Below, piece after piece: positions 50,993 to 60,976 of a DNA stretch of 64,000 nucleotides; position 1 is the stretch's first letter, and each line of letters opens with the position of its first letter. The notes below the pieces were generated by a model. It had not been told where the DNA came from. It made no database searches and worked only from the letters and a program-made list of their open reading frames with translations. The translations under genes were made by a program, and so were the position numbers. Source of the DNA: Candidatus Thioglobus sp. (GTDB taxonomy: Bacteria > Pseudomonadota > Gammaproteobacteria > PS1 > Pseudothioglobaceae); the NCBI GenBank assembly GCA_028228555.1, contig JAOJBP010000005.1, positions 20,197 to 84,196 of the forward strand. Reading direction: 5' to 3'.

Positions 50993-52024
50993 CTACTTCC
51001 AAATATCAACTGTAATACCTTGCGCTCTTAACAAGTCCGACTTATGCTCAAGATAACGTTGGAAATTTGGCTGAGTTTTGTATTCACCTGAGAGTACATA
51101 AGTCATAATTCCGTGGGTGTGATAAGACTTGAAAAAAGCATCTCTGCGGATAATCTCTTCGCCTGTTTTATCAAAAAATACGATGGCTGGTTTGTAAGTA
51201 AGATTCAGCTCATTGTACCAATCTTTAGCGGTGGTGCGCTTACCAGCAGGGGTGATAAGTTTTTCATCAGAGAGTGCATTAAAGCGCACAACTTGCATTT
51301 GTTTTAGATGTTTTTGAGTTTCTTCGAGTGGCATAAGTTGCTGATGAAAATCATTACATTCTAGACAATTTGGTTCTTCAAAAAATACTGCCAAGTATTT
51401 TTGTGCAGGCAAGGTTTTGTTTCGAGTCAACATATGTGGACCTTGCTCGAAAATGGCATGGGCATTCAGTGTGCCCGAGGTGTCCTTTTTAAGACTGTTA
51501 AGGTAGCTTGCATATGATTGATTTAAATAGGCTTTATTAGAAACATAATCAAGCGTGGCATGCATTTTATCAACTGATTGATAGCCATTTAGTCTAAGAA
51601 CATTTTCACCTTTTGCGTTTAAAAAGACAAGGGTGGGGGTGAATTGAATTTTCATTTTGGCTGAAAATTCTTTTTCTATGTAGTCATTACCTTGCCAATC
51701 GGTAAGCTCTCTATCGCCCCACATATTGGTTTCAATCGTATCGAAATTTTTTTGTAATTTAGCAACTAGAGCGTTATCATGAAAATTGTCCTGAACCAGT
51801 TTGGCACAATAAGGGCAACCATCTTGATGAAAATAAATCATCACATGCTTACCTTGGTCATCAGCCTCTTCTAGGTCTTCGGAAAAATCCATAAAACTTA
51901 CTTTAAACCAATTTGGCAAATCATCAACGACTTGACTGCCTAAAAATTCAGCCTCTTTTACCGGCTCAACAGCCAGAGTTGGTTGAAATATAAGTAGTGA
52001 AAATAATAGAACTAAAGCGCGCAT
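50993..52024 (-). CDS. soxW: SoxW-like two-domain thioredoxin-fold protein
   Basis: Signal peptide from ATG 52024; LPNWFKVSF, QDGCPYC, IQFTPT, second domain EPNCLEC, YKPAIVFFD. Confidence 0.75.
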   Translation of the reverse strand: MRALVLLFSLLIFQPTLAVEPVKEAEFLGSQVVDDLPNWFKVSFMDFSEDLEEADDQGKHVMIYFHQDGCPYCAKLVQDNFHDNALVAKLQKNFDTIETNMWGDRELTDWQGNDYIEKEFSAKMKIQFTPTLVFLNAKGENVLRLNGYQSVDKMHATLDYVSNKAYLNQSYASYLNSLKKDTSGTLNAHAIFEQGPHMLTRNKTLPAQKYLAVFFEEPNCLECNDFHQQLMPLEETQKHLKQMQVVRFNALSDEKLITPAGKRTTAKDWYNELNLTYKPAIVFFDKTGEEIIRRDAFFKSYHTHGIMTYVLSGEYKTQPNFQRYLEHKSDLLRAQGITVDIWK

Positions 52025-52091
52025 AATCTCTCTCCAGAGTTGATGACAGTTACTAAGAATTGTAGACCCAAAACGACGCCAATGCAAATGC

Positions 52092-52760
52092 TTAGCTTTC
52101 TATGGTTTCAATACCTTTTTGCGCAATGAATAATCCACAGCCTAGTAGGCGATGATCGCCCAATCCTTTTTCTTGTAATAATACAGACTCATCTTTTTTA
52201 AGATCAGCCAGCATTAAAGAGCGAGTGTGAATAGTACCATCATTAGTTTGAATAGTGCGTTCGAGACCGGCCATCATTTTTTTGACTTTAATACCTAAAT
52301 CAGATAACTCCTCAAAGCACTGTTGCAAAAAAGCCTCTTCGCTAATACTTTGATCACAAACTACTTGCTTAGCAAATAAAACCGGCATCTCACTTAATAA
52401 TTTATTGTTAATAAATTTAACAACCTTGATTTTGTATTCACCAAGATTTAGGGTTTGACCAACAATTGTCTTTGCACTATCTAGATATTTATGTTGAATA
52501 CGAATCGTAAGCTTAGAGCGTTTAGATGGATAGTAAAAGCCACCTTCTTTACTTTGCTCCCATCCATTTCCATCTGCTATACCAATAGTGTGAATGCCAG
52601 CGTTAGAATCGCTTAACCAGGGTAAATGCTCGAGCATTGCTTGCGCGAGTAAAAAACCATGATCCATTGGTAATATTTTCGATTGGATTTTAAAGCTAAC
52701 CTCTTGAATACTCTCAGGAAGCGTAAAATGTTCTACATTGGTGTCTTCTTGCCAAAACAT
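52092..52760 (-). CDS. Orphan Cas6/Cmx6-like RAMP protein
   Basis: N-terminal LPMDHGFLL...LPWL, SKLTIR, C-terminal Gly-rich loop GLGDHRLLGCGLF; no other cas genes or array in the window. Confidence 0.75.
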   Translation of the reverse strand: MFWQEDTNVEHFTLPESIQEVSFKIQSKILPMDHGFLLAQAMLEHLPWLSDSNAGIHTIGIADGNGWEQSKEGGFYYPSKRSKLTIRIQHKYLDSAKTIVGQTLNLGEYKIKVVKFINNKLLSEMPVLFAKQVVCDQSISEEAFLQQCFEELSDLGIKVKKMMAGLERTIQTNDGTIHTRSLMLADLKKDESVLLQEKGLGDHRLLGCGLFIAQKGIETIES

Positions 52761-52797
52761 ACAAAATAATTGTTAAATGAATATTGCGTAATTATAG

Positions 52798-53466
52798 ATG
52801 GAAAAATTACAACAAAAACTGAACTATCAATTTAAAGACTTGTCTTTGCTCGAGCTTGCGTTAACGCACCGAAGTATGGGCAAAAAGAATAACGAGCGTC
52901 TAGAGTTCTTGGGTGATAGTATTTTAGGCTTAGTGATTTCAAGGGAGCTTTATAAGCGTTTTACGCAGATTGAAGAGGGTAAGTTGTCTCGATTAAGGTC
53001 GCACTTGGTAAGAGGTCAAACACTGGCTAAATTTGGCCTTTCTTTGGAGTTGGCTGATGTGCTAATTTTAGGTTCTGGTGAGTTAAAAAGTGGTGGCTAT
53101 CGTCGTGAATCTATTCAGGCAGATGCGGTTGAAGCAATTTTTGGTGCAATTTTGCTTGATTCTGATTTAGAAACGATTAACACTGTTATTTTGGATTTAT
53201 ATCAAGAGCGTTTAAATGCAATTGACCCAAATGATTCCCTTAAAGATCCTAAAACTCAGCTTCAAGAATATTTGCAAAAGCGTAATAATGCACTGCCAAA
53301 GTATGAGCTAACCAAAACAGTGGGCAAAGACCATAATGCTGTTTTTACAGTGAACTGTTTTTTGCAAGATCAGAATATTCAAACCAGTCAAAATGCTAAA
53401 AGTCTCAAGCGCGCCGAGCAGTCTTGTGCCCAAGTGCTATTAGCAAAATTAAAGGAGAGTAAGTAA
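52798..53466 (+). CDS. rnc: Ribonuclease III
   Basis: NERLEFLGDS signature; dsRBD KDPKTQLQEYLQ. Confidence 0.98.
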   Translation: MEKLQQKLNYQFKDLSLLELALTHRSMGKKNNERLEFLGDSILGLVISRELYKRFTQIEEGKLSRLRSHLVRGQTLAKFGLSLELADVLILGSGELKSGGYRRESIQADAVEAIFGAILLDSDLETINTVILDLYQERLNAIDPNDSLKDPKTQLQEYLQKRNNALPKYELTKTVGKDHNAVFTVNCFLQDQNIQTSQNAKSLKRAEQSCAQVLLAKLKESK

Positions 53467-54350
53467 TGGGATTTCAAGCAGGATTTATCGCCGTGGTTGG
53501 TCGACCTAATGTTGGCAAATCCACATTAGTTAATGAGCTGATTGGGCAAAAGCTTTCTATTACTTCTCATCGTCCTCAAACAACTCGCCATCGTATTCAT
53601 GCGATTGAAACGACTGATGATTATCAAATGGTATTTGTGGATACGCCAGGTGTACATATTGGTAATAAAAAAGCCATTAATGCTTACATGAATCGTGCTG
53701 CGAGTTCGAGCATTAAGGACGTAGACATGATTTTGTGGCTAGTGGAAGTGGGTAAGTGGACAAAAGAGGATGCTCGTGTTTTGGAGCATGTGTCCCAAGT
53801 TGATGTACCTGTGATTATGTGTATTAATAAGATCGATAAATTGCCATCGCCTCAAGCTGCATTGCCTTTCTTAGAGAAAATTGGCCAAATATACCAGCCT
53901 ACCGACATGTTTCCTTTGTCTGCTTTTCAGAAAAAAGACACTAAAGCATTAAGAGAACTTGTTTTAAAGCATCTGCCCGAGCAAGACATGATTTTTGATG
54001 CAGACTTTATAACTGACAGATCAGAAAAATTTGTCGTTGCAGAGTTTATTCGTGAGAAGTTAATGCGCCATTTAGAAGAAGAGCTACCCTATGAGCTCAC
54101 CGTAGAAATTGAGCAATACGAGCTTGACGGCAACATGCAGCGCATTGCTGCACGTATTTTTGTTGAAAAAGAATCTCAAAAAAATATCGTGATTGGTAGT
54201 AAAGGTGAAATGCTAAAAATCATCGGTACTGAAGCACGTCAAAGTATTGAAGGATTTTTAGATCGCAAAGTGTTTTTAAAGCTTTGGGTTAAAGTATCAA
54301 CGGGTTGGTCTGATTCTAAACGTTCACTTGCATCATTAGGTTACGACTAG
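53466..54350 (+). CDS. era: GTPase Era
   Basis: GRPNVGKST, PQTTR, DTPG, NKID, KH domain. Confidence 0.98.
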   Translation: MGFQAGFIAVVGRPNVGKSTLVNELIGQKLSITSHRPQTTRHRIHAIETTDDYQMVFVDTPGVHIGNKKAINAYMNRAASSSIKDVDMILWLVEVGKWTKEDARVLEHVSQVDVPVIMCINKIDKLPSPQAALPFLEKIGQIYQPTDMFPLSAFQKKDTKALRELVLKHLPEQDMIFDADFITDRSEKFVVAEFIREKLMRHLEEELPYELTVEIEQYELDGNMQRIAARIFVEKESQKNIVIGSKGEMLKIIGTEARQSIEGFLDRKVFLKLWVKVSTGWSDSKRSLASLGYD

Positions 54351-54359
54351 TCATTATTA

Positions 54360-55280
54360 ATGGATTCAATTACTCAATTTAGTCTGGGTGCTGTTATTGG
54401 AATAGCCGTTTCGCCAAAGAAAACCCCAAAAGTCGCGCTGATTTCAGGACTTGTGGCAACCATACCAGATCTAGATGTTTTATTTAGTTATCCAGATGCT
54501 TTGACAAGTACCATTGAGCATAGAGGCTTCTCACATTCCTTGTTTTATCTCACTCTAATTTCGCCATTAATAGCGGCTTTACTGTACAAACTTTTTGATC
54601 TACTTAGCTATTTTCGTTGGCTAATTTTGGTCTTTTTGGTTTTAACAACTCACCCAATTCTAGATAGTTTTACAAGCTATGGCACTTCTTTGCTATTGCC
54701 TTTTAGTGATTTTAAAATTATGATTGGATCGATTTTTATCATCGATCCGATTTATACAATACCACTAAGTGTTAGCATTGGTTATATTTTCATCAAGAAG
54801 AAAGTGCTGATGATTAATAATTTTTCGTTTAATACAATTGCACTTATATTTTCACAACTTTATTTGTTGTCTACATTTGTCATCCAACAATCAATACTAC
54901 CAAGCGGAAAGGCTTATGCCACACCAACGCCATTTAACAGTATATTGTGGCGAGTTGTTGTTGTTGAGGATGATTTTATTAAGCAATATTTTGTTGATGT
55001 TTTTGGCAGCAAGGGTATAGAAATTAAAGTTGAAAATCGACACTATTTAAAAAATATTAACCAACAAGTTGTTGATAAATATGCCAATTTCTCAAGTGGT
55101 TTTTACAACTTAGAAGTTACTGATAACAAGCTAATATTGAAAGATTTTAGAATGGGTAGTATTACAAATCCAGTTTTTAGTTTTATCATTGCTGAACTTA
55201 TAAATGATCAGTGGATAGCAGTATTGCCCTCCAGAATTTCTACGAAGTTTAATGCAGATAATATGTATGGGAATGAATAG
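54360..55280 (+). CDS. Inner-membrane metal-dependent hydrolase (YdjM-like)
   Basis: MDSITQ, PDLDV, HRGFSHS, HPILDSFTSYGT and FIIDP motifs. Confidence 0.85.
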   Translation: MDSITQFSLGAVIGIAVSPKKTPKVALISGLVATIPDLDVLFSYPDALTSTIEHRGFSHSLFYLTLISPLIAALLYKLFDLLSYFRWLILVFLVLTTHPILDSFTSYGTSLLLPFSDFKIMIGSIFIIDPIYTIPLSVSIGYIFIKKKVLMINNFSFNTIALIFSQLYLLSTFVIQQSILPSGKAYATPTPFNSILWRVVVVEDDFIKQYFVDVFGSKGIEIKVENRHYLKNINQQVVDKYANFSSGFYNLEVTDNKLILKDFRMGSITNPVFSFIIAELINDQWIAVLPSRISTKFNADNMYGNE

Positions 55281-55282
55281 TT

Positions 55283-55972
55283 ATGGCAAAAGTGGATTTA
55301 ACCCCAGCTTTTTTGATACATCGAAGAACCTTTAAAGACACCTCTTTATTGCTAGATTTTCTTACCCTCGAACACGGCAGAATTAGATTGGTAGGTAGAG
55401 GTTTGCGCAACTCAAAAACCCAAATTCAAGTGTTTCAACACCTCAAAATTTCTTATAGTGGTAAGGGAGATTTAAAGAGCTTAAGTAACTGGGAGGCAGA
55501 TGATATCCCTAGACAGCTTAAGGGTGATAGTCTTATTCTTGGTATGTATGTCAATGAGCTTATTTCAAGACTATTGCATGAGCAAGATCCTCATTTTGAA
55601 CTGTTTGAGATTTACAAAAGCTTTGTTCAAAATTTAGCAACAATTAATCCGTTATCTAGCCATTGGTTGCTTCGTTTATTTGAACACAACTTATTACAAG
55701 AGCTGGGCTATGGTGTAGATTTTTCACAAGATATAATAGGTGAACCCATTGATTTAAATGCTCATTATGAATATCAACATCAAGGTGGATTTGTGAGAAG
55801 TGTTGCAGGTAAAATAATAGGAAAATCTATTAATCAATTATTGATTGATGATATTAACAACATGCCAGATCCACAGCAATTAAAGGCATGTAGAGATTTA
55901 AATCGCATGCGATTAAAACCTTTGCTGGGTGATAAGCCCTTACAAAGTCGATCATTATTTTTTAGCAAATAG
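55283..55972 (+). CDS. recO: DNA repair protein RecO
   Basis: AFLIHRR, TSLLLDF, YVNELI, LLQELGYG and PLQSRSLF motifs; operon position. Confidence 0.93.
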   Translation: MAKVDLTPAFLIHRRTFKDTSLLLDFLTLEHGRIRLVGRGLRNSKTQIQVFQHLKISYSGKGDLKSLSNWEADDIPRQLKGDSLILGMYVNELISRLLHEQDPHFELFEIYKSFVQNLATINPLSSHWLLRLFEHNLLQELGYGVDFSQDIIGEPIDLNAHYEYQHQGGFVRSVAGKIIGKSINQLLIDDINNMPDPQQLKACRDLNRMRLKPLLGDKPLQSRSLFFSK

Positions 55973-55978
55973 CACATT

Positions 55979-56704
55979 ATGAGTATTTATTTAGGCGTTA
56001 ACATTGATCACATTGCCACTCTTAGGCAAGCGCGTGGTACCAACTATCCGTGTCCAATTGAAGGAGCCTTGTTGTGTGAACAATCTGGTGCTGATAGTAT
56101 TACTCTGCATTTGCGTGAGGATAGGCGTCATATTCAAGATTCTGATGTAGAAATTTTACGAAATAAGCTCACGACTAAGATGAATTTAGAAATGGCAACG
56201 ACAGATGAGATGATCGCCATTGCCACTAAAATTAAACCTGAAGACTGTTGTTTGGTACCTGAAAAGCGCGAAGAACTAACAACAGAGGGTGGGCTTGAAG
56301 TTGCTAGCCAAATTCCAAGAATGACACAAGTTTGCGCTCAATTAGCTGAAGCTAGTATTATTGTTTCACTATTTATTGATGCCCAAAAAGATCAGATTGA
56401 TGCGGCAAAAGAATGCGGCGCGCCAGTTATTGAGCTTCATACAGGCCATTATGCTAATGCAACGGGCGATGAGCAAAAACAAGAGTTTGAGCATATAAAA
56501 GCAATGGCGGCATACGCACATTCTATTGGCCTACAGGTTAATGCCGGACACGGGCTTACTTTAGAAAATACTTCGGCAATTGCTGAATTGCCTGAAATTG
56601 TAGAGCTAAATATTGGTCATTCGATTATTGCAAGGGCTATATTTGTCGGTCTTGAGCAAGCTACTCGTGAAATGAAAGCGTTAATGCTTAAAGTTAGAGC
56701 ATGA
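55979..56704 (+). CDS. pdxJ: Pyridoxine 5'-phosphate synthase
   Basis: [32 protein letters not shown]. Confidence 0.98.
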   Translation: MSIYLGVNIDHIATLRQARGTNYPCPIEGALLCEQSGADSITLHLREDRRHIQDSDVEILRNKLTTKMNLEMATTDEMIAIATKIKPEDCCLVPEKREELTTEGGLEVASQIPRMTQVCAQLAEASIIVSLFIDAQKDQIDAAKECGAPVIELHTGHYANATGDEQKQEFEHIKAMAAYAHSIGLQVNAGHGLTLENTSAIAELPEIVELNIGHSIIARAIFVGLEQATREMKALMLKVRA

Positions 56705-57123
56705 TTTATGGCGTAGGCACGGATATCATCAATATTGAGCGTGTTGAACATATCTTAAGTAAAAATAAAGATGGTTTTGTTAGGCGAGTATTGTCGGATC
56801 ATGAGCAATCATTATTTGCCAATAAAGGTGATAGCGCCTCTTATTGTGCTAAACGATTTGCTGCTAAAGAGGCTTTTGCTAAAGCATTGGGTACAGGAAT
56901 TGGTAAGATTGTAAGCTTTCAAGATTTAACCATTCGTAATAACGATAATGGCAAACCTTATTTCATTCCAAGTGAAAAATTACGCCTATATTTAGTCGGT
57001 AAAAATATTAAACAGGCGCATTTAAGCTTGTCGGATGAAAAATTTAATGCGGTGGCGTTTGTCGTGTTGGAGTTGGGTGAAGAAAAAGCGGAACAATCGA
57101 AGGATTACGGCACAACTTTTTAA
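56701..57123 (+). CDS. acpS: Holo-ACP synthase
   Basis: [29 protein letters not shown]. Confidence 0.96.
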   Translation: MIYGVGTDIINIERVEHILSKNKDGFVRRVLSDHEQSLFANKGDSASYCAKRFAAKEAFAKALGTGIGKIVSFQDLTIRNNDNGKPYFIPSEKLRLYLVGKNIKQAHLSLSDEKFNAVAFVVLELGEEKAEQSKDYGTTF

Positions 57124-57434
57124 TTAATATATTCGCCATATCCTGCTTTTTGGGCTTCATTTTTAGTTCCAATGCAACCAAATTTTTGAGCAGTTTGATA
57201 TCCAGAAACAGCCATCGAATTTCTCTCTAAAATTCTAATTGGTGTTTTATCCATGTCAAAATACTTTAGAGATTTATTCATCTTTTTCATACCTTGAAGG
57301 GTTAGTCCGCCACAATTTTCATTGTAGTATTTAACCGCACCAATCACTATAAACATTTCATTAGGCGTTATAGCGTGTGAATTAATGTTTAGAGTTAATA
57401 AAATTAAGGTGATTATCTTCTTCATAAATCGCAA
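57120..57434 (-). CDS. Hypothetical small secreted protein (104 aa)
   Basis: Signal peptide, two Cys; 3' end overlaps the acpS stop by 4 nt. Confidence 0.65.
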   Translation of the reverse strand: MRFMKKIITLILLTLNINSHAITPNEMFIVIGAVKYYNENCGGLTLQGMKKMNKSLKYFDMDKTPIRILERNSMAVSGYQTAQKFGCIGTKNEAQKAGYGEYIN

Positions 57435-57500
57435 TAAATTTTAGGACGTGATGACCTAAAGTTTACTACTTTTCTTTAAGAAAATTAAAGATTTATTGGA

Positions 57501-58199
57501 TTATTTTGAATAATGACATAGGTAATTAACACTGACGTCATGCCCTAACTTGTAGGTTTTCTTAAATGGATTATAAGTCATGCCAATCATGCCTTTTAAC
57601 GACATATCAGCTTGTCTTGACCATTCATCCATTTCACTTGGTTTAATGAAATTGTCCCAATCATGCGTGCCCTGAGGTAGAAGTTTTAAGACATACTCAG
57701 CACCAATGATCGCAAACAAGTATGACTTGGCATTACGATTAAGGGTTGATAAAAACACTTGACCACCTGGCTTGACCAAAGTAGCACAAGCTTTAATAAC
57801 AGAACTTGGATCAGGAACGTGTTCAAGCATTTCTAGACAAGTTACTACGTCAAATTGTCCAGCGTGAGTTTTGGCTAATTCTTCTACTGGAATCTTTTGA
57901 TAATCAACTTCTAATCCGGATTCCAATAAGTGCAGCTTGGCTACTTCGAGTCCAGCTTCTGCCATATCAATGCCAGTTACTTTTGCACCTTGCTCGCACA
58001 TAGCTTCAGTAAGAATGCCACCGCCACAACCTACATCTAGAATATTTAAGTTCTCTAGAGAGTTGTTGCAACGCTCTTTAATATAATCAAGGCGCAAAGG
58101 GTTAATGTCATGAAGTGGTTTAAATTCCGAATTTTTGTCCCACCAGCGAGAGGCTAGCGCGGCAAACTTATCAACTTCATTAAAATCTACATTACTCAT
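57501..58199 (-). CDS. ubiG: Ubiquinone biosynthesis O-methyltransferase
   Basis: [39 protein letters not shown]. Confidence 0.97.
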   Translation of the reverse strand: MSNVDFNEVDKFAALASRWWDKNSEFKPLHDINPLRLDYIKERCNNSLENLNILDVGCGGGILTEAMCEQGAKVTGIDMAEAGLEVAKLHLLESGLEVDYQKIPVEELAKTHAGQFDVVTCLEMLEHVPDPSSVIKACATLVKPGGQVFLSTLNRNAKSYLFAIIGAEYVLKLLPQGTHDWDNFIKPSEMDEWSRQADMSLKGMIGMTYNPFKKTYKLGHDVSVNYLCHYSK

Positions 58200-58645
58200 A
58201 GTGATTGAACCTCTGCTAATACTGCTTCGACATGACCGCCTACTGCAACCTTATCCCAAGATTTTAAGATGTCACCATTTGCATTAATGATAAAAGTTGA
58301 GCGCACAATACCTATTTTTTGTTCGCCATTTCCAGGTTTTAATTGCCATATACCGAATGCCTCACATAGTGTGCCGTCTTCATCAGCAATTAGTTCAAAT
58401 GGAAATGATTGATCTTTTTTGAATTGTTCATGGCTAGCCATGCTATCTTTTGACACGCCATAGATCACGCAATTTGCATCGACAAAAGCTTGATGGTTAT
58501 CCCTAAAATCTTGACCTTCAAGCGTGCAGCCTGAAGTAGCATCTTTAGGATAGAAATACAACACAATGTTGCGTCTTTTTGCATCAGGAATACTAATATC
58601 TAAATTGCTGGTTGCTTTGCAGTTGATTGATTTAACTTTGTTCAT
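58196..58645 (-). CDS. bcp: Peroxiredoxin BCP/PrxQ, copy 2
   Basis: [27 protein letters not shown]. Confidence 0.92.
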   Translation of the reverse strand: MNKVKSINCKATSNLDISIPDAKRRNIVLYFYPKDATSGCTLEGQDFRDNHQAFVDANCVIYGVSKDSMASHEQFKKDQSFPFELIADEDGTLCEAFGIWQLKPGNGEQKIGIVRSTFIINANGDILKSWDKVAVGGHVEAVLAEVQSL

Positions 58646-58681
58646 AATGGTTAATACTTAAATTGATAAAAGCTTATTTTA

Positions 58682-59131
58682 TCATAGAGATTCAAGCGCA
58701 TCCAAGACCTCATTAACATGACCTTTAACTCTAGCCTTATCCCAAGATTTAAGGATATCACCTTCAGGGCTAATGATAAAAGTGGAGCGCACGATTCCCA
58801 TATACTCTTTGCCCATGAATTTTTTTAACTGCCATACTTTGAAGGCTTCGCATAACTCACCTTCTTCATCAGAGATTAGCTCAAATGGAAATACTTGTTT
58901 GGCTTTAAATTTCTCATGTTTCGCCAAAGTGTCTTTTGATACACCATAAATGACGGCATTCGCATCGACAAAGGCTTGATGGTTATCCCTAAAATCTTGA
59001 CCTTCAGTGGTACAGCCTGGGGTAGCATCTTTGGGGTAGAAGTACAAAATAATATTGCGCCCTTGTGGGTCAGGAATGTTAACGTCTAAATTACTAGTTG
59101 CAGAGCAGGTAATGGATTGAACTTTATTCAT
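58682..59131 (-). CDS. bcp: Peroxiredoxin BCP/PrxQ, copy 1
   Basis: [30 protein letters not shown]. Confidence 0.94.
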   Translation of the reverse strand: MNKVQSITCSATSNLDVNIPDPQGRNIILYFYPKDATPGCTTEGQDFRDNHQAFVDANAVIYGVSKDTLAKHEKFKAKQVFPFELISDEEGELCEAFKVWQLKKFMGKEYMGIVRSTFIISPEGDILKSWDKARVKGHVNEVLDALESL

Positions 59132-59175
59132 TGCTTGTATAATGAGATGTTTAAAACCTTGATTTTATCACTCTC

Positions 59176-60963
59176 ATGAAGAACATCCGTAATTTTTCAA
59201 TTATTGCCCATATTGATCATGGTAAATCTACTATTGCTGATCGGTTTATCCAGTTTTGTGGCGGCCTGAGTGATCGCGAAATGTCCGCGCAAGTGCTTGA
59301 TTCAATGGATATTGAGAAAGAGCGCGGTATCACAATCAAATCTCAAAGTGTGACGCTAGACTACAAGGCAAATAATGGTGAAATTTACCAGCTAAACTTT
59401 ATTGATACGCCGGGCCATGTTGATTTCTCTTATGAAGTTTCTCGTTCTTTATCTGCTTGTGAAGGTGCGTTATTAATTGTTGATGCTTCACAAGGAGTCG
59501 AAGCTCAAACAGTGGCTAATTGTTATACCGCTCTTGAGCAAGGTCTGGAAGTGGTTGCAGTTTTGAATAAGATTGATCTTCCTGCTGCAGAGCCAGAACG
59601 TGTTATTGAAGAAATTGAAGATGTTATTGGCATCGAAGCAACTGATGCGGTACATGCTAGTGCGAAATCCGGTATTGGAATACAAGATATTTTAGAACAA
59701 ATTGTTGAAAAAATACCTGCGCCTGAAGGTGAAATCGATGCCCCTATTAAGGCACTTATTATCGACTCTTGGTTTGATAATTACTTAGGCGTTGTATCGT
59801 TAATTCGTGTGATTGATGGTGAAATTAAAGCTAAAACGAAGATCAAAATTTTCTCTAATGGTGACGAACATTCAGTTGATGAAGTTGGTGTATTTACACC
59901 TAAACGCGTAAAGACTGATAGCTTGAAAGCTGGTGAAGTTGGATTTTTAATTGCCAACATTAAAAATATTGATGGTGCGCCAGTGGGTGATACCATTACC
60001 AGTGCTAAAAATTCGGTAGTTGAAGCGTTAGAAGGTTTTAAACCAGTGCAACCTAGAGTATTCGCAGGAATATTTCCTATCTCTGGCGAAGACTATGAAA
60101 AATTCCGTGATGCATTAGCAAAACTTCGACTTAACGATGCAGCTTTACAATACGAGCCTGAAAGTTCTGATGCATTAGGATTCGGTTTTAGAATCGGATT
60201 TTTGGGCTTGTTGCACATGGAGATTGTGCAGGAGCGACTTGAGCGCGAATATGATCTTGATCTTATTACTACAGCACCAACAGTTATTTACGAAATCTTA
60301 GACACTAAAGGCATTATTCATCATGTTGATAGCCCTTCTAAAATGCCTGAAAATCAAGCGATTGCAGAGTTTAGAGAGCCGATTATCACTGCTAATATTT
60401 TAGTAACGGACGAGTATGTAGGTGCGGTTATTAGTTTGTGCATTGAAAAACGTGGCATGCAAAAATCTATTACTTACATGGGTAGACAAGTGCAGTTGGT
60501 CTATGAGCTACCACTTAATGAAGTTGTGCTTGATTTCTTTGATCGTCTAAAGTCTGTATCTCGTGGCTTTGCCTCTATGGATTATCAATTTACACGCTAT
60601 CAAGAATCGGATCTTATTCGCCTAGATATCATGATTAATCAAGAGCCTGTAGATGCTTTAGCACTTATTATTCATCGTGATGATTCTATACGTAAAGGTA
60701 GGGAGTTAGCCGAGAAAATGAAAGAACTAATTCCGCGTCAAATGTTTGATGTCGCTATTCAGGCTTGTATTGGTGTGAAGATTATTTCTCGTGCGAACGT
60801 GAAAGCGCTTAGGAAAAATGTAACAGCGAAATGTTATGGTGGCGATGTCTCACGTAAGCGTAAATTACTTGATAAGCAGAAAAAAGGTAAAAAACGTATG
60901 CGTAGTGTAGGTCGAGTAGATATCCCTCAAGAGGCGTTCTTAGCAGTGCTTCATATCGACTAA
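59176..60963 (+). CDS. lepA: Elongation factor 4 (LepA)
   Basis: [31 protein letters not shown]. Confidence 0.98.
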   Translation: MKNIRNFSIIAHIDHGKSTIADRFIQFCGGLSDREMSAQVLDSMDIEKERGITIKSQSVTLDYKANNGEIYQLNFIDTPGHVDFSYEVSRSLSACEGALLIVDASQGVEAQTVANCYTALEQGLEVVAVLNKIDLPAAEPERVIEEIEDVIGIEATDAVHASAKSGIGIQDILEQIVEKIPAPEGEIDAPIKALIIDSWFDNYLGVVSLIRVIDGEIKAKTKIKIFSNGDEHSVDEVGVFTPKRVKTDSLKAGEVGFLIANIKNIDGAPVGDTITSAKNSVVEALEGFKPVQPRVFAGIFPISGEDYEKFRDALAKLRLNDAALQYEPESSDALGFGFRIGFLGLLHMEIVQERLEREYDLDLITTAPTVIYEILDTKGIIHHVDSPSKMPENQAIAEFREPIITANILVTDEYVGAVISLCIEKRGMQKSITYMGRQVQLVYELPLNEVVLDFFDRLKSVSRGFASMDYQFTRYQESDLIRLDIMINQEPVDALALIIHRDDSIRKGRELAEKMKELIPRQMFDVAIQACIGVKIISRANVKALRKNVTAKCYGGDVSRKRKLLDKQKKGKKRMRSVGRVDIPQEAFLAVLHID

Positions 60964-60976
60964 AAGCCTTACGATC

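Noticed and set aside
47299-52797. Search for a CRISPR array to accompany the Cas6-like gene; the 310-bp-period repeat was considered
   Set aside because: The repeat is 169 bp of coding sequence with synonymous changes; I saw no 25-45 bp repeat-spacer series anywhere in the window.
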